Shown: in pieces, positions 19,182 to 28,657 of the stretch | How positions within the stretch are numbered: the first letter of the stretch is position 1 | Layout: the number at the start of each line of letters is the position of its first letter | DNA from: a virus | Lineage: Duplodnaviria > Caudoviricetes | DNA: 64,000 nucleotides | Direction: 5' to 3' (one strand) | Virus record (IMG/VR): IMGVR_UViG_3300005512_000001 | Coordinates: 160,001-224,000 of that record | Position numbers and translations under genes: made by a program | The notes under the pieces: generated by a model | The model's input: the letters and a program-made list of their open reading frames with translations, nothing else | Database searches by the model: none | What the model was told of the DNA's origin: nothing

Positions 19182-20561
19182 ATGAAGAATAATGATGTGA
19201 TAGACGCAAAATGTAGTGTTTGCAACACCATTTCCAAAATAAAATGCGAATCATATAAGCGGACCCTAAAGCGTAGCGGTAAATATCGATGTTTATCTTG
19301 CGCAACTTCACAGGCTCTCAAAAAATCACCACGCAATACAGATAAGCTGATTGGATGGTCCAAGAGCGATGCAGGGCGAGCTGCAGCATCGCGTGTACTA
19401 AAGCAGAGGTGGGAGGATAACTACGACGAACTTTTGGGGTATATTAATGCTAATTGGAAAAACCAAGAGACTATCAACAAGCAAAAAGAAATACATGAAT
19501 TTTCCAATCGCCCTGACCTCCGTGTAAAATTTAGGAAGATATGGGCGTCAAAAGAATATCGGGAAGCTGTTAGTGATGGTGTTCGAAGATTGTGGGAAAA
19601 CCCAAAATATAGAGAAAAAATGGCTGCGTCTAGGATTAGGTATAGAGGCATTGTATCTAATATCCAGAAAATATTGTATTCATTGCTTGATGACTTGGGG
19701 ATAAAGTATTATAGAGAATATAATGGGCATAGTGATCCACAATGTAAAATCGGACCATGGACTTTTGATTGTGTAGTCCCGAGAAGCAATAAACCAGACC
19801 TATTAATAGAGTGCCAAGGCGATTATTGGCATTCTCTGTCAGAAAATATGCAGCGTGACCGGCAAAAGGCATCATATATCTCAAATAATTTGAGTGGTCG
19901 ATATGAATTGAAGTATATTTGGGAACATGAATTTTATGCGAAAGACCGAATACGAATGCTTTTGGCGTATTGGGTTGGTTTGAAGCGACATGATATTATT
20001 GACTTCAATTTTAAAGATGTTGCTATTAGAAAATGCGTAGCTAAAGATTATAAATTGTTGTTGTCTAAATACCACTATCTTGCGAATGCTGGGAGAGGAG
20101 GGATTGCTTATGGGGCATATGTGGGAGATAGACTTGCCTCTATATGTGTTTTCTCACCACTACCTAGACAGAATATTGCTAAATCACTAGGCTGTTTAGA
20201 TAAAGAGGTGCGTGATTTATCTAGATTATGTATTCACCCTAATTATCAAAAGAAAAATTTTGCTTCTTGGTTTGTGAGCCGATGTATAAAACTACTCCCA
20301 CCACAATATGCAATAGTCATCGCATATTGTGATACTACATTTGGGCATAACGGGGTTGTCTATGAAGCGTCTAATTTTAAATTAGATAAAGAAATTAGAC
20401 CCGATTATTGGTACACAAAGCCAGATGGATGGATAATGCATAAAAAGACGTTGTATGATCGTGCTGTGAAAATGGGGATTAAAGAAAGGGAATTTGCTGA
20501 ATTGCATGGATATATTAAAGTAAAGGGTGATAAGAAATATAGATATGTTTTTAAAAGATAA
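19182..20561 (+). CDS. Vsr/DUF559-type endonuclease fused to a Mom-like GNAT acetyltransferase (Hef-like homing endonuclease), copy 1
   Basis: FDCVVP..LIECQGDYWH..RD..K..YIWEHEF, then KYHYL, DLSRLCIHP, IAYCD..GHNG.VY.ASNF. Confidence 0.75.
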   Translation: MKNNDVIDAKCSVCNTISKIKCESYKRTLKRSGKYRCLSCATSQALKKSPRNTDKLIGWSKSDAGRAAASRVLKQRWEDNYDELLGYINANWKNQETINKQKEIHEFSNRPDLRVKFRKIWASKEYREAVSDGVRRLWENPKYREKMAASRIRYRGIVSNIQKILYSLLDDLGIKYYREYNGHSDPQCKIGPWTFDCVVPRSNKPDLLIECQGDYWHSLSENMQRDRQKASYISNNLSGRYELKYIWEHEFYAKDRIRMLLAYWVGLKRHDIIDFNFKDVAIRKCVAKDYKLLLSKYHYLANAGRGGIAYGAYVGDRLASICVFSPLPRQNIAKSLGCLDKEVRDLSRLCIHPNYQKKNFASWFVSRCIKLLPPQYAIVIAYCDTTFGHNGVVYEASNFKLDKEIRPDYWYTKPDGWIMHKKTLYDRAVKMGIKEREFAELHGYIKVKGDKKYRYVFKR

Positions 20562-20632
20562 CAATAATTTGATGTATTTGAAACTCAGCAGCTAATGAGT
20601 GTCAAAAAGCTCAAAGCAGAAAGGAAAATGAA

Positions 20633-21712
20633 ATGAGCAAGTATGATGTAGCAAAAGTACGCAAGAAGTTGCAGGAAAAGCAGGGTAGTCGGTTTAAGGA
20701 CCCCAATGAGTTCAAGCCGCCCCAAGCATCTGATGGGGACACGATCAAGTATCGTTTCTATGTTCTACCGCCACTTAAGAAGGGCGATGTTTGTGCTGAT
20801 GGCACGGCTAGTAGAACCATGGAATTATTCTATGTTCAGAACGGTGCTCATTGGTTGAATAACCGGACGCATGCATGTCCACGTGTGCATGATGAGGAAG
20901 AATGCCCGATTTGTTCGTTGGGGTTCGACCTAATGGGAGAGACTGACGACAAAGACCGTCGTCGTGATATTGCCAGGCAGTGGCTCCCACGCACCCAGTA
21001 CGCCGTAAATGTTTACTTCCCGAAGGATAAGGTTAATCCTGAAGAAGTTGGCGGGAAGGTTATGTGGATGAATGCGTCTAAGCAGCTTTATGACGCATGG
21101 GAAGCATGCATCATGAATGATGATGCTGGCGATCCAGATGACCCGCAAGCATTTGGCGTCTTTTTTGATGAGGAAGATGGATATCTCTTCCAACTCCAAA
21201 TCAAGAAGAAAAATAAATGGAATGATTATAGTACCTCTAAATTCCTTGCTAGCGTTGGAAAGCGTCCAATTGCAAGCAAGGGAGGCAAGCCACTGCCAGA
21301 ACGCATTGAGACTATTTTGAGCCAGCGGCACGATTTGTATACTAAGTTCCAGCCTAGGGACCCAGAGGCTCTGCAGAAGATGCGTACTGTGTTTGAGAGC
21401 GGCGAGCCTGAAGATGACAATGGTTTTGACGAGGACGACACCTCCTCTGCGAGTAAGGTTGCAGACGCTACGACGACAACTGCAACTACGAAACCTGCTA
21501 ATGAGCCTGAAGCAGTTGTTGCAGAAGAAGCCATCTCTGACGCCACTACACCTAAGACAGTCGTGGATGATGCTGTTGATGATGCTGTTGATGATGTTGA
21601 TGACGATGCCGGTGACGATGTTGTTGATGGTGACGATGCCGGTGACGATGCCGGTGATGTTGTTGAAGATGTTGAATTACAAAGTTTGCTCGAGCAGATT
21701 GAAGAAGAGTAG
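20633..21712 (+). CDS. Single-stranded DNA-binding protein (T4 gp32-like)
   Basis: RF..LPP, H...CP......CPIC zinc site, WLPR..Y.VNV, DYS.SKF, long acidic tail. Confidence 0.8.
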   Translation: MSKYDVAKVRKKLQEKQGSRFKDPNEFKPPQASDGDTIKYRFYVLPPLKKGDVCADGTASRTMELFYVQNGAHWLNNRTHACPRVHDEEECPICSLGFDLMGETDDKDRRRDIARQWLPRTQYAVNVYFPKDKVNPEEVGGKVMWMNASKQLYDAWEACIMNDDAGDPDDPQAFGVFFDEEDGYLFQLQIKKKNKWNDYSTSKFLASVGKRPIASKGGKPLPERIETILSQRHDLYTKFQPRDPEALQKMRTVFESGEPEDDNGFDEDDTSSASKVADATTTTATTKPANEPEAVVAEEAISDATTPKTVVDDAVDDAVDDVDDDAGDDVVDGDDAGDDAGDVVEDVELQSLLEQIEEE

Positions 21713-21719
21713 ACAAAAA

Positions 21720-21763
21720 CAGATACACACTGGGGCACCAATTGGTGCCCCAGTGTGTATCTG
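21720..21763. repeat. Perfect 44-bp palindrome with no spacer
   Basis: CAGATACACACTGGGGCACCAATTGGTGCCCCAGTGTGTATCTG is its own reverse complement. Confidence 0.95.
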
Positions 21764-21774
21764 GGGGATTTAAG

Positions 21775-22635
21775 ATGGAAAACATATTGTTGATTGATGG
21801 CAAAAACACTGCTTACAGGGCGCTGTTTGCTTCACGTGGGAATAGAGAATTCAGGACTAAGGGTTATCATCCATTCACAACGTGGGTGAAGCTGTCTCAT
21901 GTATGGTTGGAAAAATTTAAGCCGTCGTCTGCTCATGTTTTCTGGGATTGTCCAAAAAATGAGGTATGGCGCAAGAAGCTACTGTCTGAATATAAAGACC
22001 ATAGAGATGCTATGCCACATTATGATAATGACGTGCAGGAGCAATTACATAAGTTAATCGATGCTGCCAGTGCGATATTGTCGCATATGGGCGTCAGGCA
22101 ATATACCCGGCCGGGACAGGAAGCTGATGATTTGATTTACTCAGCATGCCGACTTTTGACGCCGACAAAATCAGATACGCGTAAATTAATAGTAATATCG
22201 AGTGATTCAGATTTCGCACAATTGCAATGGTATATGCCATATGTTTCAGTTTACGACCCACGGAAAAACAAATTTATTGACTCGCCAGAATGTAATCCCG
22301 CAGTACAAAAAGCTCTGTGTGGCGATCGAGCTGATAATATAGATGGGTTTAGAGGTATAGGGCCAGTTAAGAGCAATCAAATAGCTTCAGACCCTAAAAA
22401 ACTAATTGAATTCCTGGATTTGTCGGATGCGCGTAAATTTAAACGCAATTTAGCTTTAATAGACTTATCAATGAATCCATCAAGGTTAAATAATGAATTA
22501 TATATGTTACGAGTGTTATCTAATGATGCGGAATTTGACAAAGCTGCTATCAACCAATTGAGCATCGACCATAAAATTAGAGGTTTAATGTCTGAATACC
22601 CTAACATATCATTAGAATATAAACGGTTAAAGTAA
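21775..22635 (+). CDS. 5'-3' exonuclease / flap endonuclease (T4 RNase H-like)
   Basis: LLIDG.N..YR, WR.....EYK.HR, EADD, SSDSDF.QL, GDRADNI.G..GIG. Confidence 0.9.
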   Translation: MENILLIDGKNTAYRALFASRGNREFRTKGYHPFTTWVKLSHVWLEKFKPSSAHVFWDCPKNEVWRKKLLSEYKDHRDAMPHYDNDVQEQLHKLIDAASAILSHMGVRQYTRPGQEADDLIYSACRLLTPTKSDTRKLIVISSDSDFAQLQWYMPYVSVYDPRKNKFIDSPECNPAVQKALCGDRADNIDGFRGIGPVKSNQIASDPKKLIEFLDLSDARKFKRNLALIDLSMNPSRLNNELYMLRVLSNDAEFDKAAINQLSIDHKIRGLMSEYPNISLEYKRLK

Positions 22636-23052
22636 ATCTTTATTCTCTTTTAATAAATTAGATAATTCAATATGTTTTTCCATAAAGTTTGTTGATTGCT
22701 CTGTAATAACATCCCAATTGCTAAATTGTGACATCAACCACTCCCATTGTTCTGGATTTTTTTGTTGCAGCAACCATGCCAATCCAAATGCGCCTTTGTG
22801 GCCAGACACCTTACGCCCCCACTTGTGATGTGCTGGGCACAATGAGACGCCATTGAGTGGTTCATGTCTTAGTTGCAAAACCCATCTATCTATAATATGG
22901 TGTGCTTGTAAATTTTGGTCTGTGCCGCAGACAAAGCAGTTATTCCGTCTTATTAATAAAGACCAAGATTTGTCTGCCTTATTCCGCCAATACTTGGAAT
23001 TGGGGTTTGCTTTAGCCTTAGCCAATTTACTTATTTTTTTCTTTTTTGCCAT
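22627..23052 (-). CDS. NinG/HNH-like endonuclease
   Basis: AD..WS..IR...CFVCG....L.AHH......LR....NG..LC..HH. Confidence 0.75.
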   Translation of the reverse strand: MAKKKKISKLAKAKANPNSKYWRNKADKSWSLLIRRNNCFVCGTDQNLQAHHIIDRWVLQLRHEPLNGVSLCPAHHKWGRKVSGHKGAFGLAWLLQQKNPEQWEWLMSQFSNWDVITEQSTNFMEKHIELSNLLKENKDLL

Positions 23053-23187
23053 ATTATTATTTACATATTGTAAGTATTCAGCAAACAAATGCGATATGTG
23101 CGTTTGAGTAAATAAATTGCAGCCGAATCCATCAATATTTCGGTGGAAAGATATATAAATGGTTGCTTATTATATGAGGTTTAAATC

Positions 23188-23475
23188 ATGGGATGCGGTT
23201 GTAGAAAAAAACGTAGTAGTGCTACGGCACGTACTAGAAATGTTGTGAAATCTAAACCAGCTAAAGCCCGCACTATAGCACAACGCAAGGCTACGCGTGC
23301 GGTTTCCAATATTGGGAAACGTGTTGGGAATATTAGAAGCATAGCTATGGATGCGAAAGCTGGCTTACGATGCCCTATTTGCAAGGCCACTATGAAACGT
23401 GTCTCTAGGTCTGGACATGGAGACTTGTTGCAATGTGTCAATCCTAACTGCCGGCATATTAGTAAAAGGAAGTGA
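23188..23475 (+). CDS. Small basic Cys-containing protein
   Basis: MGCGCRKKR start, R/K-rich, CPIC...C...C; GAGG RBS. Confidence 0.6.
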   Translation: MGCGCRKKRSSATARTRNVVKSKPAKARTIAQRKATRAVSNIGKRVGNIRSIAMDAKAGLRCPICKATMKRVSRSGHGDLLQCVNPNCRHISKRK

Positions 23476-23879
23476 TAATGAAGATTAATGCGGACCAGAT
23501 TGTAACAGTTAATACATTGAGTGATATCAAAAGTGCTATTCAAGAATTTTTACCGAGCAGTACGACCGCGCCAGAGGTTCATTCGACTATTAAAGCAGAG
23601 GGCAAGACTTACAAATTGTCTGCGCCGACATCATGTGGTTATAGAGATATGCTGATTGAGGGTTTTGGTATAGTCAAGAAAAGATTGGAAGCTAAGAACC
23701 CATCCCAAAACGCTGAACTGGGAATAGACCCGGTAAGTGTTGATGGGCATATGTGGCTTGACGAACTTATTGGCAGAAGATTAGGTGGCAAACGAGATGG
23801 TGTGAGAGTCAGATGGGATGTCGTAGAAGGCACATTTTATTTTGACCCGTTTTCAGGAAAGCTGACTAAATGTTCATAA
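23472..23879 (+). CDS. Hypothetical protein
   Basis: Coupled ORF. Confidence 0.55.
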   Translation: MIMKINADQIVTVNTLSDIKSAIQEFLPSSTTAPEVHSTIKAEGKTYKLSAPTSCGYRDMLIEGFGIVKKRLEAKNPSQNAELGIDPVSVDGHMWLDELIGRRLGGKRDGVRVRWDVVEGTFYFDPFSGKLTKCS

Positions 23880-24061
23880 CAGACACTATAATCCTAGCAT
23901 TATTTATTACCGGGTTGTGGTCGTTAATCTCAATATTAGTTAAGATACATATGACTTGGCAATACGCTTTGCGGTTTATATTGCCGATGTCCTTTTTTGT
24001 GGCTTTAGGAATGATATATTTCGGGATAATGCAATGGATAGGAAAGTTGATGCTGAGTTAA
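23870..24061 (+). CDS. Small two-helix membrane protein
   Basis: Two hydrophobic segments. Confidence 0.45.
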   Translation: MFITDTIILALFITGLWSLISILVKIHMTWQYALRFILPMSFFVALGMIYFGIMQWIGKLMLS

Positions 24062-24348
24062 TTCGGTATCGCAGCATGCGAGAATGGGTTCCAGCTGTTG
24101 GGGATGTCATTATCAAGCATGGATGGATATTTAGAACAAAATGGTTTGGTGTGATAAATTTTGTTCGGCCAGATGGCACGTTGGATATTATAAAGGATGG
24201 AATGTTGAGATTGCTAGTCACGACAGCGCCAGATTCTGTTCGCAAGAAGGCAATAACTATAGTTCCAGATGTTATACGAGCTGCTGCTGCTGGTAGTTAT
24301 GCTGTAATGCAATATGACCCTAATAATTCGGTGGTGTGGTATGTTTGA
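24034..24348 (+). CDS. Hypothetical protein
   Basis: ORF with start re-assigned to MDRKV. Confidence 0.5.
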   Translation: MDRKVDAELIRYRSMREWVPAVGDVIIKHGWIFRTKWFGVINFVRPDGTLDIIKDGMLRLLVTTAPDSVRKKAITIVPDVIRAAAAGSYAVMQYDPNNSVVWYV

Positions 24349-24874
24349 AGTCCCATCATTATTGCCGTACCCAGTGATTCGCGACCTGAATGAATGCCCG
24401 GAAATTCATGGCATATTTTGTTATATCATAGATAAATATGCTCCTGGTATATCTGCAGTTATTAAATTAGATGCTAATGATGCTGGGATTATTGTTGGAA
24501 ATTGGGATGGTGAAAATGCAAGCCCTAAAAATAAAGATGAATGGGAGAAGGTTGAGCATTTTTTAAATCATACAGCATATGATTTAATTAAAATTATGAG
24601 GCATATACGTTTACAGCAAGCAGAATTCTTCATTTCTGATAATGGTCGTCTCGTTGATGTCCAATTGTCGTTGAATAAATTTATTGGCCCTGGGATGTTA
24701 AAAGATTTATTCGCCCCGGTAGTGAATATACAAAATTCAACAGAACTAGCTGTTTTAGACCCCGATAAAATTGCTGAACTTAATAACGGTGAAAGGCGAT
24801 TTATTTTAAAGCCCAGTAAAAGCAGGCATTATATGCATGATAACAAAGTATTGCCACTCTATGCGTGTATTTGA
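24341..24874 (+). CDS. Hypothetical protein
   Basis: ORF with start re-assigned to MFEV. Confidence 0.55.
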   Translation: MFEVPSLLPYPVIRDLNECPEIHGIFCYIIDKYAPGISAVIKLDANDAGIIVGNWDGENASPKNKDEWEKVEHFLNHTAYDLIKIMRHIRLQQAEFFISDNGRLVDVQLSLNKFIGPGMLKDLFAPVVNIQNSTELAVLDPDKIAELNNGERRFILKPSKSRHYMHDNKVLPLYACI

Positions 24875-25422
24875 TAGATATGTTTATTATACTTGTAGGA
24901 TATCCTGGGGCTGGTAAATCGACATTTGCTGACCTAATTAAATCTAATGATGAGTCGGTCGATATTATGAGGCCAAGCGATTGGTACCCAAATAATATCG
25001 AAGAGATGCCAAGCAAAGCACAGATGGACTATAAAATAGCGTGTTGGGAGCATGCTATAGATAAAACATCTAACTGGTTGGGATCGAATTCACCGAGTAG
25101 CGTTGTTATCTTGGACACATGTGGGGCATCTGCTAAATCACTTACAACACTATTCGCTATGGCCGCATTGCATAAGCATAAGACCATATGTATGATTGTG
25201 CATACGCCGATGTCAATATGTGCATCGAGGTCTGACCCTGGCGTGGTTCAAAAATATACTAATAAATTAAAAGTCGCAATCCCAGAGTATAAAGAAAAAT
25301 GTGATGAGATTATCGTGGTTCGTTATGACTCGCTAGATAAATGGCAAGAATTAAGCAACGAATTATGCCGAAAAATATTAGCACCACAAAACAACCAAAA
25401 GCCAGCTGGCACGAACCAATAA
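24865..25422 (+). CDS. P-loop kinase (AAA_33 / polynucleotide-kinase-like)
   Basis: ILVGYPGAGKST, VILD, TP..IC..R. Confidence 0.7.
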   Translation: MYLIDMFIILVGYPGAGKSTFADLIKSNDESVDIMRPSDWYPNNIEEMPSKAQMDYKIACWEHAIDKTSNWLGSNSPSSVVILDTCGASAKSLTTLFAMAALHKHKTICMIVHTPMSICASRSDPGVVQKYTNKLKVAIPEYKEKCDEIIVVRYDSLDKWQELSNELCRKILAPQNNQKPAGTNQ

Positions 25423-26243
25423 TCGGCAAATATTGCGTTGTGACTGGATGCGATTCAAACCATGATTGGATATTGGAATGGTGGTACAATCACTATAAAC
25501 AAGACAATAAGTATCCATTGTACTTTGCTGATTTTGGGATGAGTCTAGAAGCACGCAAGTGGTGTGCCGAAAGAGGTCAATTAATTGACCTTCGGTTCAA
25601 GCATCGTCGTAAGAATTGGTTTAAAAAGCCATTGGCGATATTGGCTTGCCAATATCAGAAGATATTGTGGGTTGATAGCGATTGTGAAGTTCGCGGTGAC
25701 TTATTGCCACTACTTGAGTTTGCCGACCAAGGTGTGGGCCTCACTCTTGACCCACATAATCCGTGGATTAAGACTGATAATTGCGTTGCGAGCGGTGTTG
25801 TATCAGTATCGCATAGCAATAAACTTATGATAGATTGGGCTAGAGACTGTTTAGCTGCTAATAGGATACGTGGTGACCAAGAAGTTTTAAACCGGCTGAT
25901 ACAAGAGCGAAATCGTAACATAGTTATTATGCCACCGGAATACCAGTGGCTTCGTATTGATGGCGACAATCCAGATGCATTGATAATGCATTGGACTGGT
26001 GTAAGAGGTAAGGATTATATACGAAGAAGCATTGGACTACAACCAACATTTTATAGACAACGTGTTACAACACCTAGAACACGGAGACGCAATCTTAAGG
26101 CTGGTGCTGGAAGAAGCGGTCGCGATGTGGCGAGGGCGCTGTCGCTGAGTACCAAAATCAACAGAAAGCGAGTAAGGCCATTAAAATCGAAGCCAAAGCC
26201 AATTATAGAAGGCAAAATCTCGCTACATAAGCCGAAGCGTTAA
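25341..26243 (+). CDS. GT-A fold glycosyltransferase-like protein with basic tail
   Basis: WFKKP.A, WVDSD (DxD), GDQEVLN, IMHWTG. Confidence 0.65.
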   Translation: MARIKQRIMPKNISTTKQPKASWHEPIIGKYCVVTGCDSNHDWILEWWYNHYKQDNKYPLYFADFGMSLEARKWCAERGQLIDLRFKHRRKNWFKKPLAILACQYQKILWVDSDCEVRGDLLPLLEFADQGVGLTLDPHNPWIKTDNCVASGVVSVSHSNKLMIDWARDCLAANRIRGDQEVLNRLIQERNRNIVIMPPEYQWLRIDGDNPDALIMHWTGVRGKDYIRRSIGLQPTFYRQRVTTPRTRRRNLKAGAGRSGRDVARALSLSTKINRKRVRPLKSKPKPIIEGKISLHKPKR

Positions 26244-26272
26244 AGTGTTGCATCAGCTCGGCTATCTCACAT

Positions 26273-26614
26273 TCATATCTCATTCCATTCACCTTCACCT
26301 GGCGGTGGGCGGTCGTTATTTGGAACTGTAGAATTATTTGATTGCAGGTCTTTTAAGTCTTCTACAGCATCATCGATATTACAGCACGCGATAGTTTCGG
26401 TAAGCTCCAGCCATTCTTGTACACCAAATTTCCCGCCAGCTAGTCTAGCTCCGCCCGTTTTAGCTGTTAGTGATGATATAGCTATATTTGGATTTTCTGT
26501 GACCGCATCATTGAGTGACACTGCGGACTTATTTTTCTCTAGGTTGTTTGGTAGCTGCACGAAGCCGTTAATTATTGGTAACTGTCGTGTTATAGTGATT
26601 GTTTCGAATGACAT
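26273..26614 (-). CDS. Hypothetical protein
   Basis: GAGG RBS and late-type motif CAAAAATAGTATA upstream on the minus strand. Confidence 0.55.
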   Translation of the reverse strand: MSFETITITRQLPIINGFVQLPNNLEKNKSAVSLNDAVTENPNIAISSLTAKTGGARLAGGKFGVQEWLELTETIACCNIDDAVEDLKDLQSNNSTVPNNDRPPPGEGEWNEI

Positions 26615-26654
26615 AATTAATCCTCTTTATACTATTTTTGCTAGTAGATAATAT

Positions 26655-27299
26655 ATGTCTAAAGTATTTATTATTGGCGGCGGCCCCAGCCTGGGGGGAT
26701 TTAATTTTAAGTCCTTAGATGGACATGACTGCATAACTATCAATAAATCGTTATTTAATGTGCCAAACCCAAAATATTTTATTACTATTGACCATAGCTT
26801 TTTGAATAAAACAAAAGGTGTTAGACGACAAATAGCTGAGTCGAGTGCTAATTCATTTTTTGTTTCGAACTATGCTGGTGGGACTCTAAAGGATGATGAT
26901 GGCAGGATATTATGCACGAAGACCAAGCGACATTATAATCTGGCCGGGTTCGATGTAATTATCAAAAGCAAGAAGCATGCTGGAATTGGATTCGATTGGG
27001 GCGATTTTAGGAATGGCAATTGTAGCGGTTATTGTGCGATGCAATTAGCGGTATTATTGAGATATGATGAAATTTATATGCTTGGGATAGATTTAGCAAC
27101 TAGCGGCAATAAAACGCATTATCACAATGGTTATGGCACAAGACTTGACAAAATGGTGTCGTCATTGGACGGATATTTTAAATATTTTAGGGATGGTGTT
27201 AAAGTAGCTCTGAACAACAATATTAAGATATTTTCTTGTTCTAGCATAAGCCGGTTAAATGGGATTATACCATTTGTTGATTCTTCAACGGTTTTATAA
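26655..27299 (+). CDS. DUF115/MptE-like (sialyltransferase-like) transferase
   Basis: IIGGGPSL, I.IN, SGY.A.QLA..L...EIY.LG.D, HYH. Confidence 0.6.
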   Translation: MSKVFIIGGGPSLGGFNFKSLDGHDCITINKSLFNVPNPKYFITIDHSFLNKTKGVRRQIAESSANSFFVSNYAGGTLKDDDGRILCTKTKRHYNLAGFDVIIKSKKHAGIGFDWGDFRNGNCSGYCAMQLAVLLRYDEIYMLGIDLATSGNKTHYHNGYGTRLDKMVSSLDGYFKYFRDGVKVALNNNIKIFSCSSISRLNGIIPFVDSSTVL

Positions 27300-28638
27300 A
27301 GTCATTGAAGAACTCATCTACTTGTTCAACTGCACGGCCCACTAAGATGTCGTTTTGATATTCGCTAATGTCGATGTCTTTTAGCTCTTTCATCGCCGAG
27401 AGTTCCTTTATCAATTCATCGCCAGAATAATTCAATGAGCATTGTCGTAGCTTCTCATGCAATTCTTGTCGGTCAGCTCCACGTTTGACGGCAGCCATTA
27501 GAATTTTTTCGACAGTCATGAGTGCGATTTCGGTGTTGAGATTGTCAGCGATGGCTGTGTGATTTACTACCAGACCACCAAATATTTTTATCATTGTGTT
27601 CAATATGCCATCGACCGATAAGAAGATTTCTGGCAATACTAATCTGCGGGCACTAGAATCATCTAGTGAGCGTTCCAACCATTGTTCTGATGCTGTAATT
27701 AAAGCGGTTGTTGATAACCCAATGGCAAATTTTGCAATACCGCATACTCGTTCGCAATATAGCGGGTTCTTTTTGTATGGCATTGCAGATGAACCAACTT
27801 GTTTAGCTCCAAATCCTTCGGCTAATTCTTTCTTACCGGCTAACAGCCGTATGTCTGTGGCTATTTTTTGACATACTGCGGCCAGTGACGACATCAGACA
27901 TACTAAAATAGAATCGTCTATTCTTGGGTAGACTTGACCAGTAACAGCATACTTGTTTTGCCCAAATCCCATCATATTGCAAATTAGAGTATCCAGCGAC
28001 TTGACTTTGTCGTGATTGCCGTCGAATAATTCCAAATATGATGCTTGCGTTCCTGTCGCCCCTTTTACTCCGCGTGCCTTTAGATTAAGATATTTATGAT
28101 TAATCTCAGACAGAACTAGATATAGGTCATATGCCCACAGCGAGGCTCGTTTGCCAACTGTTGTTGGTTGTGCTGGTTGGAAATGTGTTAGCCCCAGTGT
28201 CGCTACTGACTTATGGTTGTTGGCAAATTCGCCAATATTTACAATTAATGATTTTAATTTTGTGATGATTAGAGACAACGATGTTTTAATTCGCATTGAA
28301 TCAGCATTGTCTACCACGAATTGGCTCGTGGCACCTAGATGGATGATTCCACGCGCAGATGGTGCTTGGTCGCCAAACGCCTTGATATGTGCCATTACAT
28401 CATGATGTAATTCTTTTTCATACTCTTCTGCACGCCCCATATCAGCATCTTTCAGAGCAGACTCTAGTTCATTTAATTGTTTGTTTGTAATAGATAACCC
28501 CAATTGCGATTGTGCGCGTGCTAAATTGCACCACAACTCTCTCCATAAATTGAATTTATATTCATCGCTCCATATATGTGCCATTTCTGGTGATGCACTT
28601 CTGCCGACTAGTGGTGACTGATATATGCTCATAGACAT
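27265..28638 (-). CDS. purB: Adenylosuccinate lyase
   Basis: YQSPL..R.AS.EM, HHDVMAH, IHLGATSQFV.DN, THFQPAQPTTVGKR, GSSAMPYKKNP, QWLERSLDDS. Confidence 0.95.
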   Translation of the reverse strand: MSMSIYQSPLVGRSASPEMAHIWSDEYKFNLWRELWCNLARAQSQLGLSITNKQLNELESALKDADMGRAEEYEKELHHDVMAHIKAFGDQAPSARGIIHLGATSQFVVDNADSMRIKTSLSLIITKLKSLIVNIGEFANNHKSVATLGLTHFQPAQPTTVGKRASLWAYDLYLVLSEINHKYLNLKARGVKGATGTQASYLELFDGNHDKVKSLDTLICNMMGFGQNKYAVTGQVYPRIDDSILVCLMSSLAAVCQKIATDIRLLAGKKELAEGFGAKQVGSSAMPYKKNPLYCERVCGIAKFAIGLSTTALITASEQWLERSLDDSSARRLVLPEIFLSVDGILNTMIKIFGGLVVNHTAIADNLNTEIALMTVEKILMAAVKRGADRQELHEKLRQCSLNYSGDELIKELSAMKELKDIDISEYQNDILVGRAVEQVDEFFNDFIKPLKNQQMV

Positions 28639-28657
28639 CAAATACACTATACTTGTT

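Noticed and set aside
21560-21670. GATGATGCTGTT / GGTGACGATGCC repeats as a CRISPR or non-coding array
   Set aside because: They are in-frame codon repeats of the acidic SSB tail with no unique spacers.
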